A stretch of 64,000 nucleotides of DNA from Octopus vulgaris. Its lineage: Eukaryota. The notes below the pieces were generated by a model. The model searched no databases. It was given only the letters and a program-made list of their open reading frames with translations, and was not told the DNA's origin. Made by a program: the position numbers and the translations under genes. The DNA is taken from assembly GCA_951406725.2 (NCBI GenBank), contig OX597821.1, positions 68,324,001 through 68,388,000 on the forward strand, in the 5' to 3' direction. Below are positions 25,873-41,414 of the stretch, in pieces; within the stretch, counting starts at the first letter, position 1; each line of letters starts with the position of its first letter.

Positions 25873-25920
25873 CACATACAAACACACACATATATATATA
25901 TATCTATATCTATCTATCTA

Positions 25921-25964
<44 letters not shown>

Positions 25965-26032
25965 TGCATATATATACACAATATATATTCATAAACGTAT
26001 ATGTATAATAAATATATATGAGTGTATATGTA

Positions 26033-26127
<95 letters not shown>

Positions 26128-26562
26128 TTATATATGTATGTATGTATGTATATGAAAGTATGTGAGTATATTACATATATGCATTATGTTTATTTATATA
26201 CGTACATCTGTATACACACAATATATAAATGTGTGTATGCACACACACATCCATCCACACACACACCAATCCACAGACACACACAAACACGCACAATATA
26301 CATGATTGACACAATCTTTTTCCATAATAACAGGCCAAGCCTTCCGCCATGGGAGATGGCACACTATTGTTTAAGAAAACAGATGGAGGCCGCCATATAT
26401 GTTTGTATTTATATATGTTAATCCGCAACAGTGTCTATATGCATCTACCACCCAGCTACCAGTATCTGTGTACGTGTATATATTTGTGTGCGAGTGTGTG
26501 AGTGTGTGAGTGTGCGTGTGTATGTGTATGTTTGTGAGTGTGTGCGAGCGGCCGTATATGTA

Positions 26563-26702
<140 letters not shown>

Positions 26703-27393
26703 CATACATACATACATACACACATATATATATATACATTTATTTATATGTGTATATAATACCCATGGAGGCATATTCTTTTTTAATTTATACTATATGC
26801 GTGCGTGCGCGCACGTGTTTGTCTGTCTGGGTATTTATGTGCGTGCGTGCATTCGTGTGTGTATGTGTATGTGGTGTGAGTGTGTGTGTGTTTGCTTGAG
26901 TGTCTGTGTGTTTAAGTGTTTATTTGTGTGTCTGTTTCCTTATCTATGAAATTGTTTGTTTTTTAATTCTTTACGTGTATGTAGAAGTTTCCATCTGCTT
27001 AGACTGTTCCATCCTGGTGGCCTATAAGAGATTATCTTCGAAGACGCCTGTTAGATGCGGCGCCAGGATATTAATATGATCCCCAAGAAGGCCTCATCAT
27101 AATTCTGGTCTCACCATCACAACAGGAGGCCACAAAATAGCGTTAAATGACGACTATGCCTTGGTCAAAATACATGTCCTGCGGTAGGGATGGGTATATA
27201 ATCATATATGCATGGCTAATTCTTATCTCTAGTGTTTATGAATTTAAGTTATGTATGTACGTACGTACGTATGTATGTATGTATGTATGTATGTATGTAT
27301 GTATGTATGTATGTATGTATTATGTATGTATGTATATGTATATATATATATATATATACACAAACACACACACACACACATATATATATATAC

Positions 27394-27445
<52 letters not shown>

Positions 27446-27845
27446 TTATATACATATATGTGTGTATTCATATATATCTATACATACATGCATGCATACA
27501 TATATATGCATATATACATGCATACGTATACATACATGCATACACACACACTTGCATACATACATACATACATACATACATACATACATACATACATACA
27601 TACATACATACATACATACATACGCATACATACATACATATATGTATGCGCACGCACACTGACCCACACACATGTGCACAAACAAACAAAAAGAACGCAG
27701 CTCAGAGAACTGACTGAGTCAACGACTATTGAAAAGGTTGCAAGACGAAACGAAAATTTTAGAAAAAAATAAGTAAATGAGTGGAAACTGAACCGGTGAG
27801 TGTGTTAAATAATAAGACACAATAAGAAAATGACTCTCCCCAGAC

Positions 27846-27888
<43 letters not shown>

Positions 27889-28734
27889 ATTAGAAAATAC
27901 AGAAAATCATAGATTAACCAGCACATCGATTGGACCATATTTAAAGCCTGTTTATTGATACAAAGCATGACTTAACAGAGCTAACAGCTGTTTCTGATCA
28001 GATTCCCAGAATGCGCTCTAGACATAAATGCGAGAATAAAATTCTTTATCTTCATAGGGCATTCGAATTAAGGCAACCGATCTTCATTAAAGTAAAAGGC
28101 AAGAGCATATAATAAAAAGAAAAAGAAGGAGGAAGAGATGAGAAAATATGCTTTAGACAAATAGTCTAAACGCCCAATATGTTGAGTGCACATAACTATT
28201 TAGCATCCGAGCTCAAAGAAAGTAGATGAGAGAGTGAGCTATGAAAGGACTAAGGAATACTGCAAGTTAGTAACAGGAGGGTTATTAACATATGTATATA
28301 TATATATATGTTCTTTATGTTGCCTGTCTCGTTTCTCTATTTGTTTCCTTCGTTGTTGGAAAAAAGTTCATTTTCCATGCTTTTGTTTTTTTATGCTCTC
28401 GTTTCTCATTTTGTTAACGTCTTTTTGACGTCCTGTACCTATGTATGCATGTATATATATACATATATATATATATATATACATATGTAGTCATGTACAT
28501 GTATGTGTGTATATATGCATATATATATATATATATAAGACGGGAAGACGGGAAGGATGACTTCCCTTCACAAATACTGATAGGGCACAGAAAGTGTGTC
28601 TATAGCCAGCTGGAGGAGGTATCTTCCTGGGGCTACAAACTACTGTAGCATCCACCCTTAGGGGTTAGCCATATTCAAATGGCAAATATGCGTCACTATA
28701 TATATATATATATCATTTATATTATATATATATA

Positions 28735-28856
28735 TACAGAGAGACCGATAGAATAAGTACTAGGCTTACAAAGAATAAGTCCTGGGGTCGATTTGCTCGA
28801 CTAAAGGCGGTGCACCAGCATGGCCACAGTTAAATGACTGAAACAAGTAAAAGAGT
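28735..28856 (+). mobile_element. CORE-type SINE 3' end
   Basis: gagaccgatagaataagtactaggcttacaaagaataagtcctggggtcg..gactgaaacaagtaaaagag. Confidence 0.85.
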
Positions 28857-29169
28857 TAACTGAAGAATAAAACGAGGAATAAAATTTCACTGAGTGATAT
28901 GATGAGATCTAACGAAGGACTTATTTAAACCCCAATGTACTAATGGTGTGAAAAGGTGTCGAAGCAATTGTGGTGATTTTATGTAAGGAATGTCGGCCAT
29001 TCCATTTTCTAGCTATCTATTTGTATAAACTCTACGGTTACTATAGAATTCCTGATGTATATTCAGTAGCAAGAACATTTCCATTGTATGATGACACCAG
29101 GTAGCCAATAACTCTGGATGAGCATTGCATAACATTCTAAAAGGTTTTTACCCGAATCTTATCTAATTC

Positions 29170-29824
29170 TGTGTATGTGTGTATGTGTGTGTATGCATGT
29201 GTGCGTGTGTGCACATGCGTGTGTGTGTATTCATGTGTGAGTACGCGCCTGTATGTGTGTGTGCGAGAGAGAGAGTGTGTGCATGCATGTGAGTGTGTGT
29301 GTGTGTAATCTGTTCATGCATGTGTGTGTGTATTCATGCACGTGTGCGTGCGAGAGAGAGTGTGTACATGCGTGTGTGTGTGTGTATGCAAGTCTGTGCA
29401 TGCGTGTGTGTGTGTATTCATGCGTGTGCGCGCGCATGCATGCGTGTGTCTGTTCGAGTGTGTGCATGCATATGTGTGTGTGAGAGAGAGTATGTGTGCA
29501 TGCATATGTGAGTGCAAGTCTGTGCTTGCGTGTGCGTGTGTATTCATGCATATGTGCGCGTATGCATGCGTGTGTCTGTGCGAGTGTATGCATGCGAGTG
29601 TGTGTGTGTGTGCAAGTCTGTCCAAGCGTATGTGTGTGTGTCCATGTGTGTGCGCGCGCATACATGTGTGTGTGTCTGTGCGAGTGTGTGCGAGTGTGTG
29701 CATGCGTGTGTGTATGTTCATGTGTGTCAGTGTGCATGCATGTGTGTGTACAAGTGTGTGCATGCATGTGTGTGTTCATATGTGTGTGTGTATGTGTGCG
29801 TCTGTGGGTGCGTGTTTGTCTGTG

Positions 29825-29874
<50 letters not shown>

Positions 29875-29885
29875 TGCGTGTGTAT
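29170..29885. repeat. ~700-bp cryptic purine-pyrimidine alternating tract (TG/CG/CATG)
   Basis: Direct inspection. Confidence 0.9.
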
Positions 29886-29995
29886 ATAACTTTACGTAGT
29901 AGATATATAAACCAAGCTAATTTAATTATTTCTCTGTCGACTGAAAAACTGATGAACAACCTTAATCGATTCTCGAACCTTATTGGGGTCTCATT

Positions 29996-30042
<47 letters not shown>

Positions 30043-30043
<1 letters not shown>

Positions 30044-30103
30044 TAGCTGAAGGTAACCTGCTCTACGCGCGGGTAAGAGTGTGGTATATATATAAATGTA
30101 TAC

Positions 30104-30143
<40 letters not shown>

Positions 30144-31389
30144 CAGATATATACACTTTGTATATATACATTATATATACATATTTATATATAGATACAC
30201 ACACACACATATATAAATTAATTTCATTTTGAGGCCTCTGCTAATGTCCTGTGTAAGTGGTCGTCATTGAGAAGTAGTCCGCGCCTCAAACATGCTTCTC
30301 TGTAAGTGGCGCAGATGATACCATCAACCGTGCGAATATCAACAAAAGACTTCGGTCCAGTAACTACATGAAGCAGCATTCTCAAAAAGAAGATTTCCTG
30401 TTTGGTAGGATGAATATTATACACACGCCCAATGACGTTCTTCCTAGAAACACCGGGCCAATTGTAAGTTCTGTTCCATGTGACCTGCACTTCCAATTAT
30501 TGTTGTAGTATGTGTAATATTCCGGTACTTCAGGGTAACTGAGAGTAGCAGCAAACTCATCAACTGAACACAATTTAAAAAACACTGTAAGCGTAGTCCC
30601 TTTTGGATTTTCAATGACTTGATTGCATTTCTCTGTGAAGTAAACCAGTTGTCTCTTCTGTAAATGAACATTCAGGTGGAAAACTGATGGTGAGCTTAGA
30701 TGAATCTCGTATCCAAAAATGCGCCACGCTGCATAATTGGAGGATACATACCTACCCAAAAGGAATTGTTTAATTTCGTCATGTCTAAGGTCTTGATCAC
30801 TGAACACAAACACGGCCATATCATTGCCCTTATTAATGTACTTGCAGAGGTATTGTATGCATCTCACCGAACTGCAGTACTCAACATTAATGTGTGCATT
30901 AAATGCTTTGGAAAGCAATGGGTTGAATGGAACAATCCAGGCATTATCAACATCGAATGTTATTAACCGTTGTCTAACTCTAGCTGTGCGGCCACCCAAA
31001 CCTGTGTGGTGGCGATGATAATTGTCTGTATGAATGCAGACAGACGTGTAGAGAGAGAGATTGTGAAAGCGCTGTAGAACGCCGTTTGACGAATCGACGT
31101 TATATATAGAAAGTGATGGGAAGGGAGGAAATAGAGTGAGTGAGTGAGGAAGACAGATACATAAAAGACTGAGAGTGGACTTGTCAAAGTGGGTTTTTGG
31201 CCCTAGCAAAGACATCTTTTAAGATAGGGATTTCTAACGTAGCCCACGGGCATCGTCACCTCATTTTACATGCCCCTGTAAATTTTGGAGTCAATCCGAC
31301 GAGATGTAGTGGCCTTGAAAGCGATCCAAGCGGTCGAGTCAAACAAACAAACAAACAAACTTTTCGCATTTCAGTTTTATAAATAGAGA
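30043..31389 (-). mobile_element. Internally deleted Helitron
   Basis: Minus-strand 5' TCTCTATTTATAAAA with (GTTT)n; 3' GC hairpin acccgcgcgtagagcaggt then CTAG|T in (TA)n; RepHel fragment inside. Confidence 0.85.
30224..30965 (-). pseudogene. Helitron RepHel fragment (end of Rep/HUH domain and Rep-helicase linker), frameshifted
   Basis: DNAWIVPFNPLLSKAFNAHINVEYCSS..YLCKYINKG..DEIKQFLLGRYVSS..AAWRIF; IGRVY..FFLRMLL..GPKSF.DIRTVDG..TYREACLRRGLL. Confidence 0.9.
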
Positions 31390-31392
31390 CAT

Positions 31393-31530
31393 ATGACGAG
31401 CTTCCACAATTTCCATCAACCAAATTCCTCACAAGGCATTGGTCGGCTTGGGGGTCATACTAAAAGAAACTTACCAGAGGTGACGCACGAACTCGAAACC
31501 ACACGATTGCACAGCGAGCTTCACAACTAC
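31393..31530 (-). mobile_element. CORE-type SINE 5' half, degenerate
   Basis: tttccatcaaccaaattcctcacaaggcattggtcggc..ctcgaaaccac. Confidence 0.6.
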
Positions 31531-31676
31531 AATATTTATATATACTCGCCGAAATTCTCACGTGGGTAGAACAAACTCAAGATCGTCCAAACCTGCATTA
31601 TACACACGGTTCTGTCTTTATTGTCTCTCACTCTCTCCCCTCACTTTCTGTCTTGCTCTTGCTCTTGCTCTCTCCA

Positions 31677-31727
<51 letters not shown>

Positions 31728-32024
31728 CTCCTCTTCTTCCCTCATACACACACGCATGCGCATTCGCAGACACAAGCTAACCTCGCCAGCAAGAAAACAA
31801 ACGCAGACATTCAATGTCTATATGAGACTTGAATTTCCGCTTATGTACATCGGTTTATTTATATGCGATTGGGTGGATTTGTGTGTATTTGTGTATTTGT
31901 GTGCGTGCGTGCATGCGTGTGTGCATGTGTGTTTGTGCGTGCGTGCGTGTATACGCGTGTGCATGTGTGTTTGCGCGTGTGTTTGTAGGTGAGTGCTTGC
32001 GTTCGTGCAGTACTCCTACGCTCA

Positions 32025-32109
<85 letters not shown>

Positions 32110-32169
32110 CCTAGGCCGTTTCCGAGAAATCTGTAATACCGTTTAATAGATGGAGCCAACATCACTTAC

Positions 32170-32660
<491 letters not shown>

Positions 32661-32842
32661 AATTGCAGGATTAGTAATAACAACAACGGTAACATCTCTG
32701 CTATTCAGATATTTCACGCTTTGTAAAGTTTTCACAGTTGGATATCAACGCCAGGAGGCGGAAGGGCGTGTGTAATATCTTCATATACAAAATGTGTGTA
32801 TGTGCATGTGTGTGTGTGTGTTTGAGTGTGCGCGTGCATATG

Positions 32843-32903
<61 letters not shown>

Positions 32904-32979
32904 GCACACACACATAAATATACATGGACACACACATATACGTATATATTTACGTATGTATATCTATATATACGTATAT

Positions 32980-33049
<70 letters not shown>

Positions 33050-33149
33050 ATGTATTTGTCTGTCTGTGTGTATGTCTTTCTGCATATCTACATGAGTGTA
33101 TGTAAATATTTTTCTATGCGTATGACACTGTGATTATGAGACGTGATCT

Positions 33150-33187
<38 letters not shown>

Positions 33188-33642
33188 CGTGTGTGTGTGC
33201 ATGTGTGTGTTCGCACGCCTATGTATGTATTTTCAGGATGGTCAGGTAGGTTTAGTGCCAACAATTGAAACACAACGGGGAGATTATACATCCAAAATTC
33301 ATTGCCTTTGTTAAAACATGTTTATTTATAATTATTTGTAATAATATTTTGTCTTTTTTTGTGTGTGTGTTTTTTTTTAATTTTCTTTGATAGAATTCTC
33401 ATCGCTTTGGAAGGAATGTAAAATATCTCCTCTATTCGTTTTCATTCTCATCTTTACTAATTTCATGTTATTTCTTCACATTTCATCGAATCTTTCTCAT
33501 CTCTACTCACCTCTGCATTTTCCTCTCATCTCATTAAATTTCTTCGCGTCTCACCGCTTCTCCTCCCTCACTTCTCACAACTTTTTACGTTCTCACATCT
33601 TTGTAGTTTCTCTTTACATCAATTAAGTTCAATGAACATTGT

Positions 33643-33790
33643 AGGCATATACGTGGTTGTGTAGTAAGAAGCTTGGGTTTAGTTCCACTGCGTGGCACCT
33701 TGGGCAAGTGTCTTCTTCTATAAAATCGAGTCGACCAAAGCCATGTGTGTGGATTTGGTAAACGGAAACTGAAAGAAGCCCGTCGTATAT
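33643..33790 (+). mobile_element. CORE-type SINE 5' half
   Basis: ccactgcgtggcaccttgggcaagtgtcttc..ggaaactgaaagaagcccgtcgtatat. Confidence 0.85.
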
Positions 33791-33791
33791 A

Positions 33792-34016
33792 GGAAATCAG
33801 AAGATTGGAAATGTGATGCATAGAATTTCAGAAGAGATGAGATGAGATGAGATGTGCACATCTCATCTCATCTCGTCTCTTCTGAAATTCTATGCATCAC
33901 ATTTCATGTGATGCATAGAATTTCAGAAGAGATGACATGAGATGAGATGTGCACATCTCATCTCATCTCATCTCTTCTGAAATTCTATGCATCACATTTC
34001 ATTTCTTCTGATTTCC
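33792..34016. repeat. Two tandem near-perfect spacerless palindromes (98 and 92 bp) centred on GTGCAC
   Basis: 33808-33905 centre 33856/7; 33906-33997 centre 33951/2; outer flanks also inverted. Confidence 0.95.
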
Positions 34017-34750
34017 CACGGTGCTCATCTCATCTCTTCGGAGCTTCTCACCATCTTGTCTCATTTCTTCGGAGCTGTTCTAATCTTTTCTTACTTCATC
34101 GTATTCTTCTTATCTCCATTCACATATCTTTCCATCTCTTTCCATCTCTTTACATTTCTTCTCAACACTGCATATTTCGTCTTATTCCTTCTCATCTCTT
34201 CATTTCATTTCTTCACAATTCTACACATCTCTCCTCTTCGCTTTTTGTCTCATCGCTTCCGATCCCTGCTCGCTTTACCTTCATCTCATATCATCTATCT
34301 CGTCTCCTTCCATCTCCGCCAACCATTTCACAGATTTATTCCTATTTGTCTGAGAAAATATTATCTTAAACTATTTAAAACGTAAATATTAGTTCAGTAC
34401 CGAGCCAGCAATTGTTTCTGTTTTTATTATTCAAGATAGTTATTGTATAGACGTGCTGCTGTTGATCAAAGTGATGACGGTAAAGATAAATGATGACGGG
34501 TACTATAGCAACGATGAATATGGTATTGGAGATGAAGGTGAAAGAAGAGCTAACGAGGGTAATGGTAGTAGTGTCGCAGTGGTGGGGGTACTATTAATGT
34601 GGTGAGAAGTAAGGTGGGTGTGATGCTATATTTTTATTTCTAAATGCTTATCTCTTAATATAAATACGTGTATTCAAACATACACACACATATGCATATT
34701 TACTTGAAACCATTAGTGTATGCATGTATACAAATAAATAAATATATATA

Positions 34751-34830
<80 letters not shown>

Positions 34831-34834
34831 TATG

Positions 34835-34907
<73 letters not shown>

Positions 34908-35068
34908 TATGTGTGTGTTTCTGTGTGTGGGCTTCTTATCTGTGTTATGTTTCAGCCTAGATGTAATGATGAATACAATTGCTTTGTTATCAATAAGCCA
35001 TGTTTATATTTCGCCTCTAAAGCCATTGGTGACATATAGACGCGCGCACACACGCACACATACACTTA

Positions 35069-35164
<96 letters not shown>

Positions 35165-35399
35165 ATATGTGTAGGGGGTACCTATAAACATTATATTCAA
35201 CATTCCTACCGCAATTCATTTCATTTGTTTCAAAAAACATTTGTTATCATTATAAATACTCGCAAAGATTACTATGGTCTTGTTTTGTCTTTCGAGTCCC
35301 AGATATGCTTCGAAAGTGGTGGGCCTTTTTTTTTTTTGCTTCATAGGACGAGAAAATAAAGAAGTCATATGTTGGCGCAAACCACTCTTGAACTAGTGC

Positions 35400-35740
35400 C
35401 CTATAAGCCCTCTGGTACTTATTGGATACGTTGGTAGTAGAGACCTAAATCAGGTATAAAACGGTTTTCTATAAACATTAGACTTTTAAGGGATAAGGCT
35501 CAATGTTTCAATGCTAGCATATCGGCTACCTTCTCTCGGCATTTAGTAGCATTAAATTCACTTTATGGTTCATGATGACATTAGACATGTTGCCGTTTCT
35601 CTCTAGTCCCAAGTCAGCCAGAACAAGATTCTGACAACAACTTTGCTGATCTCAGAGATGAACCAGTTAATAGCATTGAAGATGAATGTAATTGCAGTTA
35701 TGGATAACGTGTTTAAGGCCTCAGTTTTGTATCTGATACT
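35400..35740 (-). mobile_element. Highly decayed R4/Dong-like LINE fragment (post-RT) abutting (AAT)n
   Basis: KTEALNTLSITAITFIFNAINWFISEISK and Y*MPREGSRYASIE resemble the KAINTLAIPVITYSF.II.W and LY.PR.EGGRGL motifs. Confidence 0.5.
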
Positions 35741-35749
35741 ATTATCATT

Positions 35750-36225
35750 ATTATTATTATGATTATTATTATTATTATTGCTGTTGTTGTTGTTATTATT
35801 ATTATTATTATTTGTTTTTCTCACAGGTTTTGCTGGAGTCTACTTCTACTACTACTGCTGCTGCTGCTACTAATATCATTATTATCATCATCTTCTTCGT
35901 CCTCCTCCTCCTCCTCATCATCATCATCACCACTAGTACCACCTTGACTACCATCATCCTCATTCTCTTACTACTCCTCATCATCATCATCATTATCATC
36001 ATTATTATCACCATTAGTACCACCTCGACCACCATCCTCATCATCATCATCATCATCATCACCACTAGTACCACCTCGACAGCCATCATCCTCATCAACA
36101 TCATCATCATCATCATCATCATCCTCATCATCATCATCGTCGTCGTCATCATCACCACTAGTACCACCTCCACCATCAGCTTCCTCATCATCGACACCAA
36201 TGATAATATCCTCATTATTATCATC
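35750..36225. repeat. Compound trinucleotide tract, (CAT)n with recurring caccactagtaccacct module
   Basis: Direct inspection; module recurs four times. Confidence 0.9.
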
Positions 36226-36503
36226 CAAATAACGTTCTTACTTTCTCCTCTTCACTTTCACAGTTTTCTTCATATTCATGTTCCTCTTCATTATAAATTT
36301 CCCATAATGCTTTTCTCCTTTTCCTTCTTCTTTGGCGCAATTTCAGTTCCATACTTCAACCATAAACTCTCATCACCGTCCAATGCCGCCACCATTTATA
36401 TCAATGTGTGCGTGTGTGTGTGTGTGAGTGTGTGTGTGTGTTTGTGTGTGTGCATATATTCATATATATATACATTACATATTTATGTATATTTATGTGT
36501 ATG

Positions 36504-36542
<39 letters not shown>

Positions 36543-36622
36543 GTATGCACACGTAATTATATATTTACATATAGATCTAAGAGGTATATATACATATATA
36601 TATGTGTCTGTGTGTGTATATA

Positions 36623-36660
<38 letters not shown>

Positions 36661-36776
36661 TTTATATACACACACACACATATATACTTAGACACACATA
36701 TAGTCACACAAACACACACTCATATTCGTGTGTGTCTGTGTGTGTGTATATATGTATATTTATATATATATACATC

Positions 36777-36858
<82 letters not shown>

Positions 36859-37404
36859 TGTATGTATGTATGTATGTATGTATGTATGTATGTATGTATG
36901 TATATAAGCACATACAACCATCCATCCGTCACGAATACCTTAACTTACATGTATACCATACATAGTTCATACTCGCTATATTCTACGCTTAGTATGTAGA
37001 CGGAGTAGCATCGCTAATAAGAAAGTAATTAACCATTTCTTGGAACAATGACTGCTTCAACAAATAGCTATGGAAGAGTGTGGAATTAATGGCAGGGGGG
37101 ATGGTTCACACACACCACTGACTGCCTATAGACGATTTCTTATGACGCTAAGATGCCGTATATCGTCTGCCATTACATAACAGCGGTTCGAAGAAGCAGA
37201 AAACTTGTATTATGGCAAGATATTCGATATCTTGAACAAGTACATTATGAGTAATTTCCACTTCGCTCGAACACAGCAAAACATATTCATACAAACACAC
37301 ACACACACACACACACATACCGACACCCATACGCTTATGTTCACACACAAACGCGCATACACGCACTCACACATACACAAACACAAACACACACACACAC
37401 TCAT

Positions 37405-37450
<46 letters not shown>

Positions 37451-37630
37451 GTATGTATATATATGTATATATATATATACACGCAGGTAGCCATATCTCA
37501 AAGATACCATCATGACCGTGCCCATGGAGATGTGTGTATACATATATATGTATATCTAAGTATATTCATACTTATATATACTTATATACATATATTTTAA
37601 TAGGTATATGAATATGTATATATACATATA

Positions 37631-37732
<102 letters not shown>

Positions 37733-38076
37733 TATATATATAAAACTCTCTCAATTCACCAAATGTCAATTTGTAAAAAAGAATTAGTCAAGTAAAATTA
37801 TGTAGCAACACCAAATGCCGGTGCCCCAGCATGGTCACAGCTCATGGGATGAAACTAGATCAAATCAAATATGCACACACGCACACACACATATATGTGT
37901 ATGTGTGTGTATACATACATACATACATACATACATACATACATACATACATACATACATTCTGACCTCTGTGTGTATATATATTATATTCTAAAGCAAT
38001 TTTACAAGGGCAAAAATATTTAATACAAGTGCAATGTAGAAGGAATGTGATCATATATCTATATACACCTGTAGAG

Positions 38077-38166
<90 letters not shown>

Positions 38167-38817
38167 AAGTCGAATTGCCAACGTAAAGTGGTAATCCTGT
38201 AGTTTGGATTACACGTCTAACAATATTCAGACGATATCGAACCAATATATCCGACGTAGAGAATGTGGACGTATCAATATAAGAAGTGACTTCTCAAGTA
38301 GATTACGTGTAACGTTTTGTAAGGGGTACAATACTTTTTTAAAATATCCCTGGTAGAGGTTGGTGCTTTTCTTCCCCGCCCCGTCTTAGGTTGTCTTTAT
38401 TTAAACAGTTTAAATGGATGATAAAAAAATCATGAGATGAAATGAAATTGTGATAATTATAGCAAGTACCTTATCAACAAGATAGTTTTGACAGCTTCCA
38501 TAGGTTGAATTTTGTCCGGGAAAGTGCATGTAGGGGTGAGTTATCAAAAGATCCGGTAATGCAAAAATTAATGGTTGACCAAATTTCTAGCATCCCCAAA
38601 ATATGTGAATGACGAAAGATTGTATTTATGGGTACCCCACATATCTAATGTAAATTTCTTCCTTTATAAAATACAATTCTATTCCCTCAATTTTATTATA
38701 GATTATATAATTTTTTTTTTTCTAACGCACAAACATCAGTTATTTTCGATTGCATGGCACATAACTAGTGTGAATCTTTAAACACAAAAATTCGCTCCTT
38801 GAAGTCTCTAATTGTGG

Positions 38818-39300
<483 letters not shown>

Positions 39301-39895
39301 GATTTAAATACAAGGTTTGAGGGGAAAGTGTCAGTTAACACCAGGACTTCATTGGTACTTATTTCATTGTTCATGTAAGGTGAAGTTGAACTTGGCGGTA
39401 TTCGAACTGAGAACATCAAGAATTGGAGCAATTACCGCAAAACATTTTTTTTCTGAGGCTTGATACTCCAACAGTTGAAGGTTACCGTAAAGAGACATCT
39501 GTACGTCATTGATTATTCTGATAAACGCCTGTACAACACAAGCACCACTCTCTGTGCAGCCTCGATTATTGCCTAGTGATAGACCAATAATCACATCAGA
39601 CGGCAGGTTTTATATCAGAGTTACCTTCTCCTAGAAGGATGCTGTGACAACAGCTAAGGGTCCGTCCGTCAAGGTGGCTTTACTGCCCACTCTCATACCA
39701 ATCATGGGCATTTATGCGTACTACCGCTCAGATCGAATGCTGTCATACATGCTGATTAACTAACATAGCTGAGACCCTGATAGATTTATCGGAGCAAAGA
39801 TAAAGTAGACCTCGGAACAATAATGTATACATTCGTATATATCTATACAACACATATACGCATATACGCAAATACATACACACACACAAACACAT

Positions 39896-40017
<122 letters not shown>

Positions 40018-40358
40018 ATAGGCAAAGCATCGACCCTATTAGTCAGTTTCATATCTGAGTTATAATATATGAAACCAACGGTATGAGACAATTTCTCACA
40101 CAGATTCTGTCCGATGTTTAAGTTAAGGGTAAGTGAGTCTGTGGAATACTCAGTCACTTGTAGGCTAATTCAATGAATAGAAAATTCAGTTGATTGAATT
40201 ACTGAAATAATCAACGTTGAAACAAAGAGTGTTTTAAACATACACACACACATATATCCGCATGTGCATACGTGTGTTTGTATGTGCACAACAGAATATA
40301 TATACATAGTAGCAGCATTTTGTGGTGTATATACGTACACACACACACACACACACAC

Positions 40359-40407
<49 letters not shown>

Positions 40408-40532
40408 CGTTCGCGTGTGCGTATGTATTTTCTGTATATCTTAATGTATTAGCTAAGTAAATATGAACATGTATGCGTTTGAGCATCGACATAAATGAAT
40501 AAATAGGTGGATATACCTTTATCTATCTATTT

Positions 40533-40610
<78 letters not shown>

Positions 40611-41414
40611 GTAAATGTGTGTGTGTATGTGTGTGTATGTGTGTGTGTGTATTTACACACATTCCCAAGCTCAAAATTTTGTGAGCGAAAACAATGTAAA
40701 ATTAATGTAGGGCTACACAGAATAGCGCATGCATAAAATTACTTCTAATGTAAACTTTGTGCTGACGCGTTAATAACGAATGGTAAAAGACAATAATTGG
40801 TATTTCCATCTCAGTAATTCTAAATTAATTTGACACATCTCTGTTGTAAGAAACCTTTTGATTGCGGGTTCGGTCCAATATAGTTCGCTGGTTGATAGGT
40901 TGTGATATTTTCATGCTTGCTGAAATGTTGCAGATAGCAAAGACCAAAAATCACTTGACAACCAGCAAAGAAATAAGGATTTCCTGTGTAGTTACCAGAA
41001 CTCTTAATTCCTGGAGGACAAATACTGGTATTCCCTTCCATTTGATCCTTTTTATTGAGGTTTAGTTTTGGTGGGTAAAATTTATCTTCTGTCAGAGTAT
41101 GAGAATATTGCGAATGAGATATCAACCGTTATGTTTGTATAATAATTTAATGTATCGCCGTTACATACGCCATGTTGGACTGGTGAATTACACGTTCTCT
41201 ATTTTAATCGATTAAATAAATTCTTTGTTTTTTTTTATTGTATATTTGTTCTAAGTGCGAATTCTGCTTAGATCAGCTTTAGCCTGTGTTTTTTTTTAGG
41301 GGGGATGGGGTGATAAAATTGTTCGTAATTAATTTCTGAAGAGTGATCGTTTGCATATAACCCTCTCTAAAATGTTTGGCTCTGTGAATACATTTGATAG
41401 TAGTATTTAGATAT

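Noticed and set aside
27709-27755. ctgactgagtc...gacgaaac hammerhead-like string
   Set aside because: Extra core base, no NUH triplet or helix I.
38318-38642. Possible MITE with ggggtac/gtacccc ends
   Set aside because: Inverted match too short and no clear TSD.
40820-41125. 101-aa ORF in unique sequence
   Set aside because: No recognisable motif or splice context.
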